Assembly (NCBI GenBank): GCA_963674595.2
Contig: CAXXFV010000015.1
Location: 288,001-352,000 of the forward strand
Origin: a bacterium
GTDB taxonomy: Bacteria > Zhuqueibacterota > Zhuqueibacteria > Residuimicrobiales > Krinioviventaceae
Direction: 5' to 3'
Length of the DNA stretch: 64,000 nucleotides
Position 1 is the first letter of the stretch; each line of letters starts with the position of its first letter. A program made the position numbers and the translations under genes. Positions 18,290 to 27,274 of this stretch are shown piece by piece. The notes beneath the pieces were generated by a model. It saw only the letters and a list, made by a program, of their open reading frames with translations. It made no database searches and was not told the DNA's origin.

Positions 18290-19165
18290 TTATTGAATAA
18301 TTTTTGCAAGGTCTTCCAGTAATTGAATAAAACGCGGTCCTGGAATGAAAACATAATCATTGCTGAGGATATTAAGTTTGTTGTTTTTAACGGCATTCAC
18401 CTGCGGCAGTTTTTGCCAATCGTTTAAAATAGAAGATGCCCCGAGCATATTTTGATCATCTTTTGAGATCAGGTCTATAATAATATCCGGATTAATGGAT
18501 AATATCCCTTCGGCTGAAAGCATTGGATAGGTAATGTCGCTATGACTGTAAGCATTTTCACCGCCGCTGATGTTAACGAGTTCGTCGTAAAAGGTGTTTT
18601 TACCGGCAATATACACTTCTTCCAAAGTCCCTGCACCGGCAGTCCGGCCGATACAGATCATTATTTTGGGTTTGTTGGTTTGAGTTGATTTGCTTTTGAC
18701 AGCTTTAATCCTTTGTTCTATGTTTGTGATCAAAGAATCGGCTTTGTTTTTTACACCACACAGGCAGCCGATTGTTTGAATGCTTTGTATTATATCGTCA
18801 ACTTTTTTGTTGTTAACCGTCAGAAAGTTGATTCCAAGCTCCTGAAGATAATTGCGGACATTTTCGTGTTCCGGCAAAAGAATGACAATATCCGGTTTTA
18901 GGATGGCGATGGCTTCATAATTTGGATCCAGGTAGCCACCGACTTTAGGTTTTGTTTGCGCTTCCGGAGGATAATTACAAAACCGGGTGACACCGGCAAC
19001 TCGGTCACCGAGTCCTAGTGCAAATAGAATTTCTGTCGTACTTGGCGACAGTGATATAATACGTTGGCAGGTTTGGTTTGTTTTGGGGAATTCAGATTTT
19101 TGACAATTACAGCAGAGTAAAATAATTTGTAATAATAGGAAGGGTAAAAAAATTTTTCTATTCAT
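18290..19165 (-). CDS. btuF: Cobalamin ABC transporter substrate-binding lipoprotein
   Basis: RIISLSPSTTEILFALG, GVT.FC.YP, PN.EAI..LKPD, PGPR; directly downstream of the riboswitch. Confidence 0.88.
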   Translation of the reverse strand: MNRKIFLPFLLLQIILLCCNCQKSEFPKTNQTCQRIISLSPSTTEILFALGLGDRVAGVTRFCNYPPEAQTKPKVGGYLDPNYEAIAILKPDIVILLPEHENVRNYLQELGINFLTVNNKKVDDIIQSIQTIGCLCGVKNKADSLITNIEQRIKAVKSKSTQTNKPKIMICIGRTAGAGTLEEVYIAGKNTFYDELVNISGGENAYSHSDITYPMLSAEGILSINPDIIIDLISKDDQNMLGASSILNDWQKLPQVNAVKNNKLNILSNDYVFIPGPRFIQLLEDLAKIIQ

Positions 19166-19202
19166 AAACTTTAACCTCGCCCGCGAAGGTTTATATTGTT
19201 AA

Positions 19203-19391
19203 ATTCAATGGCCGGTCTCCTGGCTAGGGTCTGGACGAATACGCCTTCCCATTCCGATTTTTCGGAACAGTGGCTTTTGTATTGTCGTTTGTATCAATCG
19301 AAATGATACACGAACCCATCACAGTTGCGGGGCAGCTCCCGGTTCTAACGGGATTCCCGATTCTTTCCTTTTTTAAGGAACACCACTGAAT
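19203..19391 (-). ncRNA. Cobalamin (AdoCbl) riboswitch
   Basis: Minus strand GGTG...GGGAATCCCGTTAGAACCGGGAGCTGCCCCGCAACTGT...GCCACTG...TGGGAAGG...AGCCAGGAGACCGGC; followed by a hairpin (AACCTTCGCGGGCGAGGTT) covering the RBS. Confidence 0.96.
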
Positions 19392-19405
19392 GGTTTAAAA
19401 AAATG

Positions 19406-19434
19406 AATATATGAAAATGAAATGGGATTAGCAA
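19406..19434 (-). promoter_or_regulatory. sigma70-like promoter of the btu operon
   Basis: TTGCTA-17 nt-TATATT on the minus strand just upstream of the riboswitch. Confidence 0.65.
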
Positions 19435-19442
19435 GGAGCTTT

Positions 19443-20159
19443 TCACGTTTCTTTATTTAATAAAATATCACAATACCAAACCCCCGTCTTTTTATCAGAA
19501 TTTCCATCATTCTGAGTGGTATAGGTTTTATGTATTTTTTCTCCTGTTTTTATTTCAATCGGGTATTGGAATATTGGCCCGTCAAAACAAAAAGTATGAA
19601 ACTCACCGTTTTCCCCACAGGGGTCTACATGCTTTGGCAACGCGTTGATAAGAGATTTGTCTATTATTTGTCCAACGAAATCGCTATTTACATGAGAGTC
19701 CATAGCACTTACGATGATCGTTTTAAAACCAAGTTCCAGAAATTTGTAAACAAGCTCACGCGTTTCACGTCCCCATAATGGGAAAACAGGTGTGATGTTG
19801 AAAGGCTGTAATTGTTTTTCCCGATAATTACGAAGATCCTGCAAAAAAATATCGCCGAAACCACAGTGGGTAAAGTTTTCTTCTTTTAATGTCTGAATGA
19901 CCTCGGACAATTTTTGTTCATATAGTTCCATATCGGTATTCTCTGGTAATTCTATAGTCATTGCCGGAATGCCGATGGATTTGACCTGTGCGTTGTAGAC
20001 TTTCCGATGCACACCATGCATGGAAATTCGATTATAATGACTGTTCATGGAGGTGAGTAGTTTCTCAATCGAATACTGTTTATTCTGCATGAGATAATAG
20101 AGGGCAAGGGCAGAGTCTTTACCGCTGCTCCAGTTAAAATAGAGTTTGTGCGAATTCAT
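19443..20159 (-). CDS. PP-loop ATPase, diphthine-ammonia ligase (Dph6/DUF71)-like
   Basis: WSSGKDS, R.SMHGV, FGDIFL, FPLW, DPCGENGEFHTF..DGP.F. Confidence 0.9.
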   Translation of the reverse strand: MNSHKLYFNWSSGKDSALALYYLMQNKQYSIEKLLTSMNSHYNRISMHGVHRKVYNAQVKSIGIPAMTIELPENTDMELYEQKLSEVIQTLKEENFTHCGFGDIFLQDLRNYREKQLQPFNITPVFPLWGRETRELVYKFLELGFKTIIVSAMDSHVNSDFVGQIIDKSLINALPKHVDPCGENGEFHTFCFDGPIFQYPIEIKTGEKIHKTYTTQNDGNSDKKTGVWYCDILLNKET

Positions 20160-20293
20160 ATTTAGTGATTATTCTCTCTTTTGTGTTTGGTTAATATGAA
20201 TCTCGTTATTTTTTTTAAAATAGAGTTTTTGCATAATCTCTAATTTATAAATTTTTTTTAAAATTTCTACTTTATAAAATAAACAATATGAGT

Positions 20294-21115
20294 TTAATGA
20301 TTCCTGTAAAAATATTTTTGACATAGGTATTGAACCAAATTTGAGTCGTCTTTTACAGCCTTAAATTTATCCGGGTTTATGTTTATTGAATCGGTTTTGA
20401 TCATATAATCATTGGCAAAAATGAAATTTTTCATTGTTTCATATTCAATGTTGTTATGATAAAGATAAACTTTATTTCGACGATTTTTGGGACTCATCTC
20501 TATTTTAAACGGGAGTTGATTGCCCAGAACAGTAAATGTAAAATTTTGACTGGGTGATACCTGTTTACGATTTAACCATCCCTTTTTTGTCATGGTTTTT
20601 AATAAATTCCTCAAATCCTGAAAAGATATTTTTAAGGATGCATCACATTCGGCATAAATATCCGGTCCTGTTGCATCACCTTTTTCCCAAAGTATGGATA
20701 ACACGCCAAATTCTTCGCGGGTGGGCAGCTCATACTTTTTTGCCGGGAAAGGTTTTGGTTGTTTATGGTCTTCCTTAGACTTTATGTTTGGAAGGGAAAA
20801 AATTTTAGACCGGAAGGTTTTGGCTTCAATATCAAATTCTTTTTTAATAATGGGTTGGCTTATAAGGTCTTTGTTTATTTCTTTTAGTAAATTATTTTGT
20901 GAGGATTTATTGACTGAAAAATTTAGAGTATTGTTTATGGGAAAGAACGGACTATACAAAAGCTCATTGTTGAATAATTTGTTGTGATATAGCGTCGTAT
21001 CATTTTTGAACTGTATATAATTTTGCACGGCAATCGTTGTGTCGGGAACTTGACTTGAGAGTATGGATGAAAAAATAATGAGGATCAATAGTATAATGAT
21101 GATTTTGTTCATCAT
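20294..21115 (-). CDS. Hypothetical protein: N-terminal signal peptide plus BlaI/MecI-like winged helix
   Basis: MMNKIIIILLILIIFSSILSSQ; PTREEFGVLSILWEKG.AT..DIY...L..LL..M..KG.L.R resembles the BlaI wHTH. Confidence 0.55.
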   Translation of the reverse strand: MMNKIIIILLILIIFSSILSSQVPDTTIAVQNYIQFKNDTTLYHNKLFNNELLYSPFFPINNTLNFSVNKSSQNNLLKEINKDLISQPIIKKEFDIEAKTFRSKIFSLPNIKSKEDHKQPKPFPAKKYELPTREEFGVLSILWEKGDATGPDIYAECDASLKISFQDLRNLLKTMTKKGWLNRKQVSPSQNFTFTVLGNQLPFKIEMSPKNRRNKVYLYHNNIEYETMKNFIFANDYMIKTDSININPDKFKAVKDDSNLVQYLCQKYFYRNH

Positions 21116-21177
21116 ATTGAGTCATCTCCTAGGTTTCGGTCTATGTAAATACAAGTATATTTAAAACATTTTCTGTT

Positions 21178-22533
21178 CTATTCAGATAAAATATCTTTCA
21201 TCATCAGGTCCAGTCTCATGTTTTGGAAATCAAAAGTCACAGTATAATTTTTTAAAATGTCTTTACCAATAACGCCTTGAGTTATAATGTTGTTATTTTT
21301 CCATTCCGGTAAAAGCTCCAGCTTAAAATTTTCTATGTTATATTTATCAACAACCAGTTTTTTCGGAATAATGTCGTTTTTGAGTTTAATTTTTATTCCA
21401 ACATGATCTCTGATTTTTCTTCGTGATTTTGTATAGTTAAAATTGGTGCTGTCCAGAAATGCCATTGAGTTTTGGACAATAGCGCTGAATTCCGTACCAC
21501 TATCCAGGAGGAAATTTAAATCTGATAATTCATTTATATTTACCTGAATATAAGGAACATTTTGAGCAGAAATCGTCATATTGGGCGTTAAACTATTAGT
21601 CCTTTTATTTTGTGGTAAACTAAACGTTATCTTTTTATCCGGATAATTGACAACGGTTTTAAATTTTTTCATTAATGGTATTCCAATGCCGCCTTCAATT
21701 TTGTACAATGTAATTCCTAATATTTTCAAACTGCTGTGTTTTTCATCCAAAATAGCTGCCGGGACATTGTAAATCTTAAAATCCCCCAGAGTCAGTGAAT
21801 CAATAAATGCATATTGTGCTTTAATTGCTTTGTATTCAGCGTATTGGGTTTTGCCATCATTGTTTGAGGAAAATGATTGAAATGGAGTGATGCCGCATTT
21901 TTTTGCCAATTTGGATGATAATACTACCATATTACATCCGGTATCCAGTATAAAATCATCGGAAGAAATACCATTGACACGGACCTCAAGTTTTGGAAAG
22001 GGTTCCAAATCAACAAGGTCGATTGTTGTTGAGTTTGTTTGGGATTGTATTTGAAAAGGTTTTCGGTCCTCAAAACTTTTTAAAAAATCACCAAATATTT
22101 GATTAGAGTGATTTTTATTACCCGCTTTAAAATATGCCGCCGCAGAAGGATAGTCGTTCATGTTATAATGGACAAGTCCCAACCTGCTCCTCAAGTTTAA
22201 TATATCGGTTGTGTCACCCTGAGCTTCTGCCGCTTGTAACGCTTTTGTGAAATAATAACTTGCGCTATCGAGCTGATTTCTTCGTTCAAATATTTCGCCT
22301 TTTAAAACAGGGAATTCTTTTAATTCATTATTTTTGATTTCTGCTTGATAAATCAAATTTAGCGCATAATCCAGGCGATTATATTTGAGTGCTGTATTGA
22401 TCGAGTCTAAAAGAGATGTGCCGCCAAGTTTTTCATCAATAGATGTTGTAAATGATTTTTCCCTGATTTCCCGGCATAAAAATGGCTGTTGTTTTGAGGC
22501 GCAGGCCATTAAAAAAAGAATGAGGAACATCAA
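21178..22533 (-). CDS. Lipoprotein with TPR-like region and two retropepsin-like aspartyl protease domains
   Basis: Lipobox LMAC; FILDTGC...G.IG and FLLDSGT...GVIG.DIL. Confidence 0.8.
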   Translation of the reverse strand: MMFLILFLMACASKQQPFLCREIREKSFTTSIDEKLGGTSLLDSINTALKYNRLDYALNLIYQAEIKNNELKEFPVLKGEIFERRNQLDSASYYFTKALQAAEAQGDTTDILNLRSRLGLVHYNMNDYPSAAAYFKAGNKNHSNQIFGDFLKSFEDRKPFQIQSQTNSTTIDLVDLEPFPKLEVRVNGISSDDFILDTGCNMVVLSSKLAKKCGITPFQSFSSNNDGKTQYAEYKAIKAQYAFIDSLTLGDFKIYNVPAAILDEKHSSLKILGITLYKIEGGIGIPLMKKFKTVVNYPDKKITFSLPQNKRTNSLTPNMTISAQNVPYIQVNINELSDLNFLLDSGTEFSAIVQNSMAFLDSTNFNYTKSRRKIRDHVGIKIKLKNDIIPKKLVVDKYNIENFKLELLPEWKNNNIITQGVIGKDILKNYTVTFDFQNMRLDLMMKDILSE

Positions 22534-22800
22534 ACCTGTGTTTTTTTCAATTTTATCCCTTTCAATGGTGATTAATATTGGTTTGTTTAAATACTTTTTG
22601 TGACCATTGACGGGTCACGAGTGTTATATATAAAACATTCAAAAATGTTTACAAACCCAAATCAAACACGAGAAAAATAGAGAAAAAATATTTAACAGGT
22701 TTTGAAGAAAAATTATTAAAATAGCCGTTTTGAATGACTTAATTGTTATACTGTACAAGTCATACAGAGTTCCAGAAGGAGATTTTATAAAAAATAACTC

Positions 22801-22829
22801 TTGCGCTGCGGAGGTTTATTTTGTATAAT
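22801..22829 (+). promoter_or_regulatory. sigma70-like promoter
   Basis: TTGCGC-17 nt-TATAAT upstream of the TlpA-like gene. Confidence 0.55.
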
Positions 22830-23031
22830 TTTACAGGAGCTATGCATTATTTTTTTTGGAACGGTTGGTCGTCGGCGATTCCGATAAAATATTCTATTGC
22901 AAAATATGGGATTCATTGCAGCACACGAGGAAGTGGTTGCGTTTATATAAAAGCCACATTCAAGTTTTCTCTTTTCCAAAACTATTGGACTGGGTGAGGT
23001 GCGTCTTGGCAGATTACAAAAGGAGAATATA

Positions 23032-24543
23032 TTGTCTTTAAATCTAATTATTGTCATTTCAATAGTACCTGTTATTCTATGTCTGTTTTTTGTCATTTTT
23101 ATTTTGCGTCAATCACGTAAAAATAAAATTAAGCACCCAAAGCTTATCATTGCTGCTCTGGTTTTTTTAACAATTGTGATTGTTTCATATCCTTCTTACC
23201 TGCTGATTAAAAACTTTTCTTTGATACGCATAATGGCCGAAAAAAACGCCCAAATGCAAAAAGAGATAGAGATTTTTAATGGTCTGCAAGATCAGGTTTT
23301 TAAAAGTAAAGAAATAAATTTGAACAAGGTTGAAAATCTTTTAAATGATTATGAATCCATTAAAGAACCCAAACTTTTAGATACATGGCTGCATGATTCT
23401 TTTGCCCAAAGTTTTATGCCCGGGGTAACAGTGAAAGATTCGGTTCAGGTCCTTAAAATGCTTGATATTTTTGGAAAAAACAAAACATCCGGAATTTATA
23501 AAAAATCACAGGCCCTTTGTATCTGGGTTAAAATGCAGCTTTACAAAGACCACCCTGAATATCTTTTAAACCTTGAACCGCAGCTCGTACCATCCAGGGA
23601 AGCCTTGTCCGAACGTTATAGGCTTTTTCTTTATAAAAAACTATCCGGTGAAAATTTATTCTTTGATGGTGGTGAACATATTTTGGACCATGTTATTGTT
23701 AATTCCCTGTCAATTTTAAATACAATAAATCCCGATACAAGGTTACAAAACACCTTAAGGGCCAGACATCGTTATTATATTGCCCATGCTTATTATTTAA
23801 AATCCCTTCATTCTAAAAAACGCCATGATTTGGAAGAGGAAAAATATTATTTGAAAAAGGCCAGTGAGTTTGGTCCGGATGAGGCTGATGAAATGTCAAG
23901 TTTTCAATATGATATTCATTTTTTACAGGGAGAAAAGGATTACTCTTTTATTTATATCGATTATTTATTGTCCAATAAAATGCAAGATGAAGCATTGGAG
24001 GAGATGGCACGGACATCTGTTTTCAATTACAAATATTTTGAAAGATTAAGGGACTTGTTTGACCAATTGCATCCGCAGAAAAGTTTTAGTCAGTACTGGA
24101 ATGAAAATCTGGAATCGGTCCTTTCAAAGGCTCCGAATTTTAAATTGTGTGATTTTAAAAGAGATTCGGTTTCTCTTGCCCACTATAAAGGTAAATGGTT
24201 GCTGGTTGACTTTTGGGGGACCTGGTGTTCGCCCTGTTTACAGGAACTGCCTGCAATACAAAAGTTTTATGAGCAAATGGTGCAAAAATATCCTGAAAAA
24301 GTTGATGTGTTGACGATTGTCTGCAAAGATAAACCTAAAAGTGTGCGCAAATTTTTAAAACAGAATAATTACACGTTCCCTATCGTCATTTCCGATAATT
24401 TGATCGACGAATTATACAAGGTACACGGTTACCCTTCAAAATTTCTAATCACTCCAACAGGGCGTTCTATGTTTTTGCCCTTGCACAGTAATTGGGAACG
24501 TCTTGTCACGTTTCATATATTACAATCGTTGACAGATAGTTAA
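23032..24543 (+). CDS. Membrane-anchored TlpA-family thiol:disulfide oxidoreductase
   Basis: Two N-terminal TM segments; APNFKL, LVDFWGTWCSPC..ELP, V.GYP. TTG start at 23032 follows AGGAG. Confidence 0.85.
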   Translation: MSLNLIIVISIVPVILCLFFVIFILRQSRKNKIKHPKLIIAALVFLTIVIVSYPSYLLIKNFSLIRIMAEKNAQMQKEIEIFNGLQDQVFKSKEINLNKVENLLNDYESIKEPKLLDTWLHDSFAQSFMPGVTVKDSVQVLKMLDIFGKNKTSGIYKKSQALCIWVKMQLYKDHPEYLLNLEPQLVPSREALSERYRLFLYKKLSGENLFFDGGEHILDHVIVNSLSILNTINPDTRLQNTLRARHRYYIAHAYYLKSLHSKKRHDLEEEKYYLKKASEFGPDEADEMSSFQYDIHFLQGEKDYSFIYIDYLLSNKMQDEALEEMARTSVFNYKYFERLRDLFDQLHPQKSFSQYWNENLESVLSKAPNFKLCDFKRDSVSLAHYKGKWLLVDFWGTWCSPCLQELPAIQKFYEQMVQKYPEKVDVLTIVCKDKPKSVRKFLKQNNYTFPIVISDNLIDELYKVHGYPSKFLITPTGRSMFLPLHSNWERLVTFHILQSLTDS

Positions 24544-24588
24544 ATTATTATGGTTCTGAAAATTTTAATTTTAAATCGAGAGGGCACG

Positions 24589-25623
24589 ATGCAAAGAAAT
24601 TGTATTTTTTCCAAAATTATATTGGCTCTTTGTGCGTCATTTTTCACTATCTCATGTGATGAAAAACCGACTGAAGCAGTTATTGAATTGCCGGTGGTAT
24701 CGACATTAGAAATTTCAGCAATACGGGACAGTTCCGTCCAATGCGAAGGCGTGTTAGTATCCGAAGGTGGTGCGCCGGTAACTGAGTATGGCATCTGTTG
24801 GCGAAAGAACCTGATGCCGTCAGTTGAACACGACCGGACAATAATCCAAAGCCAGAACGCAGATAGCTTTAAAAGCCAAATAACCGGCTTGTTGCCGAAT
24901 AAAGTTTACAAGGTCCGGGCTTATGCTACAAATAGTGCCGGTACAAGTTATGGTAAATACAAGGAATTTAAGACCAGGCCTTTACCAACCGGTTTGTTGA
25001 CGGACATTGACGGCAATACCTATATAACTGTGAAAATTGGTGAGCAATGGTGGACTGCTGAAAATCTTAGAGTCACCCATTATCGCAATGGCGACGCTAT
25101 ACCCAATGTTGTTGAAAATTCGGAATGGAGAAATTTGACAACAGGCGCTTATTGTGCTTATAACAATGATGAAAACATTGCCGATATTTATGGTTATTTA
25201 TATAATTGGTATGTTATTAAGGACCAACGTCAAATTGCTCCCGAAGGATGGCATGTTTCAAGTGATGGCGACTGGTTAAAGTTGGAAGAACAAATGGGCA
25301 TGGTAGGGGAATATTTCGGATGGAAATCTGCCTCTCCTAATTTTGATCAAGGTGGAAGATTAAAAGAAGCCGGAACCCTGCATTGGTCAGGGGAAAACAC
25401 TGGTGCCACAGACGAGATTGGTTTTTGTGCGCTTCCCAGTGGTTTTCGAGAAGATAAATATGGTTCATTTAAATGGTTTGGGAATTTTGCCTATTTTGGG
25501 ACCAGAACTTATAATTCTAATAATGAATATTTTATGAGAGCATTGGCTTTCAATAGTACAGAGATTTTTCGAAATTCCCTTAATGTAAAAACAGGACTAT
25601 CCATTCGTCTTGTAAAAGACTAA
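24589..25623 (+). CDS. FN3 + Fib_succ_major (FISUMP) domain lipoprotein
   Basis: Lipobox TISC; FN3 (GL.PN..Y.VRAYATN..GT.YG); DIDGN.Y.TVKIG.QWW.AENL, YG.LYNWY, APEGWH, G.SIRLVKD. Confidence 0.9.
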   Translation: MQRNCIFSKIILALCASFFTISCDEKPTEAVIELPVVSTLEISAIRDSSVQCEGVLVSEGGAPVTEYGICWRKNLMPSVEHDRTIIQSQNADSFKSQITGLLPNKVYKVRAYATNSAGTSYGKYKEFKTRPLPTGLLTDIDGNTYITVKIGEQWWTAENLRVTHYRNGDAIPNVVENSEWRNLTTGAYCAYNNDENIADIYGYLYNWYVIKDQRQIAPEGWHVSSDGDWLKLEEQMGMVGEYFGWKSASPNFDQGGRLKEAGTLHWSGENTGATDEIGFCALPSGFREDKYGSFKWFGNFAYFGTRTYNSNNEYFMRALAFNSTEIFRNSLNVKTGLSIRLVKD

Positions 25624-25878
25624 TTGGTTCACTGTTGAAAGGTACATATCATTATATTATTTTTATTCTGTTGGAATTACACAGGGAATAAAATTTGACC
25701 AGAAGGTTGCAGGACGGGTAGAAATTTATATATCTAATGCCCAGAAGCAGCATTTGACAACTTTTATTGCCGGCCTGTTTTTACAAAATCTATTATTATG
25801 TCCGGGATTTTCAAGCGGTCTGTATACCAATAAACTGTGGAAACTTTAGGTAATAAAAAATGGTGTATGTAAAATAGA

Positions 25879-27012
25879 TTAAGAATTCCCCTTGCTGTCC
25901 AGGTATTGTTTGGGTGACATACCGGTTGTTTCTTTAAATATTCGAAAGAAAGAAGACCGGGAATTAAATCCGGCGGCGTCACTGACAGAGTCTATTGTCA
26001 TTTGATTTGGCAGGTTTAATAACAGTTCTTTACTTTTTTCTACCCGATAATAGTTTACAAAACTATGAAAATTATCAAATCCGGAATTTTTAAAAAGTTG
26101 GGGCAATCGGTATTTGGGGATGCCTGTTAATATTGACAATTGTACTAATGTGAGTTTTGGATTTAAAAAGGGTTCTTCAGCAAGCATTATTCCCTCAAGA
26201 TGTTGCTGGTCTTTCTCTTCGTTGTTATTTATTTCGATATTTTTTTTATCAATGGATTTTTCTTCAGAGGATATTATCTCTGCAAGATCTTCATGAAGAA
26301 ATGCATGTAAAAACAAAAACAAAGAAATGGCTACCATGGGTATTGCCGCCATAAAAAATAGAATGGGTATATTATAAATTCCCCAAAAAGACAAACCTTC
26401 AAACACACCATTCACAGCAATAAAAACAGCACCGTATCTTACCCAGGTTGAATAATAATCAGGCATCCAGGATGCATTTTGCTTTATCCTTTTTATGTAG
26501 TTGTGATACAATTTGCTGATCAATATTGTATAGAGAATTGATTGGATGAAAACAATAAAGCGTGTGTTGACAAACAGATTGGAATAATTGCTACATTGTC
26601 TCCAACTCAATGTTAAAAAATTGTTAAAAAATTCATAACTGCCAAGGGATTCCTGTTGTGATTGTGATGGGAAAACAACCAAAGAGACCAAAAGAACCAC
26701 CATAGGCACTGTTAAATGCAGTAAATCAGCGGTACCTGGTTTTTTATTTATCTCCCCAAGTTTCGAAAAATAAAGCCATGTTAGAGGAATGGAAAGAACT
26801 TTTAAAGGTCCTGTGATTAAGGTAATCCACTCTAAATTTTTATCCAGAAATATGAGCACCGGCGCTGCCAGATAAACAGCCCGAAGCAAAATATTAAGAT
26901 ACACATATTCAATGCCCCGCTCTTTATAAAAGCGGCTGATGAAAACGAGAGCAATCCCCAATGTAAAATGGATTATTGCAAGAGTTGAAAAAAGCAGCGT
27001 CTGTATATTCAT
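25879..27012 (-). CDS. Membrane-anchored AraC family transcriptional regulator
   Basis: About six TM segments then PFLNP.LTL..L, F..FVN.YRVE, GFNSRSSF.R.FK..TGMSP. Confidence 0.9.
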   Translation of the reverse strand: MNIQTLLFSTLAIIHFTLGIALVFISRFYKERGIEYVYLNILLRAVYLAAPVLIFLDKNLEWITLITGPLKVLSIPLTWLYFSKLGEINKKPGTADLLHLTVPMVVLLVSLVVFPSQSQQESLGSYEFFNNFLTLSWRQCSNYSNLFVNTRFIVFIQSILYTILISKLYHNYIKRIKQNASWMPDYYSTWVRYGAVFIAVNGVFEGLSFWGIYNIPILFFMAAIPMVAISLFLFLHAFLHEDLAEIISSEEKSIDKKNIEINNNEEKDQQHLEGIMLAEEPFLNPKLTLVQLSILTGIPKYRLPQLFKNSGFDNFHSFVNYYRVEKSKELLLNLPNQMTIDSVSDAAGFNSRSSFFRIFKETTGMSPKQYLDSKGNS

Positions 27013-27115
27013 TTACTAAAATCGATTCATAAAACTGGTCATAGTTTTAAGATAATAAAACAACATAAAATTTTCAAGTTATTCTATAATCGAAAAATTT
27101 AATTTATTGTAGATG

Positions 27116-27148
27116 TTGGGACTTGTTTTTAGTGTTTTGGGACTTGTT
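27116..27148 (+). promoter_or_regulatory. Direct repeat TTGGGACTTGTT x2 (21-nt period), probable AraC-family operator
   Basis: Exact 12-mer at 27116 and 27137 in the divergent intergenic region between the AraC gene and the lectin gene. Confidence 0.65.
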
Positions 27149-27274
27149 ATCTCTGAATAATTTGAAATAATTTTTTAATATACGTTGCATCTCCAGACAG
27201 CCATCCCTTGCATTTTTATCCAAATAATTTCTCCGTAAAGGAGACAAATTTTCAAATTAATATTAGGAGACTCT

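Noticed and set aside
22840-23041. Small ORFs between the promoter and the TlpA-like gene
   Set aside because: No recognisable motif; cannot be told from leader sequence or debris.
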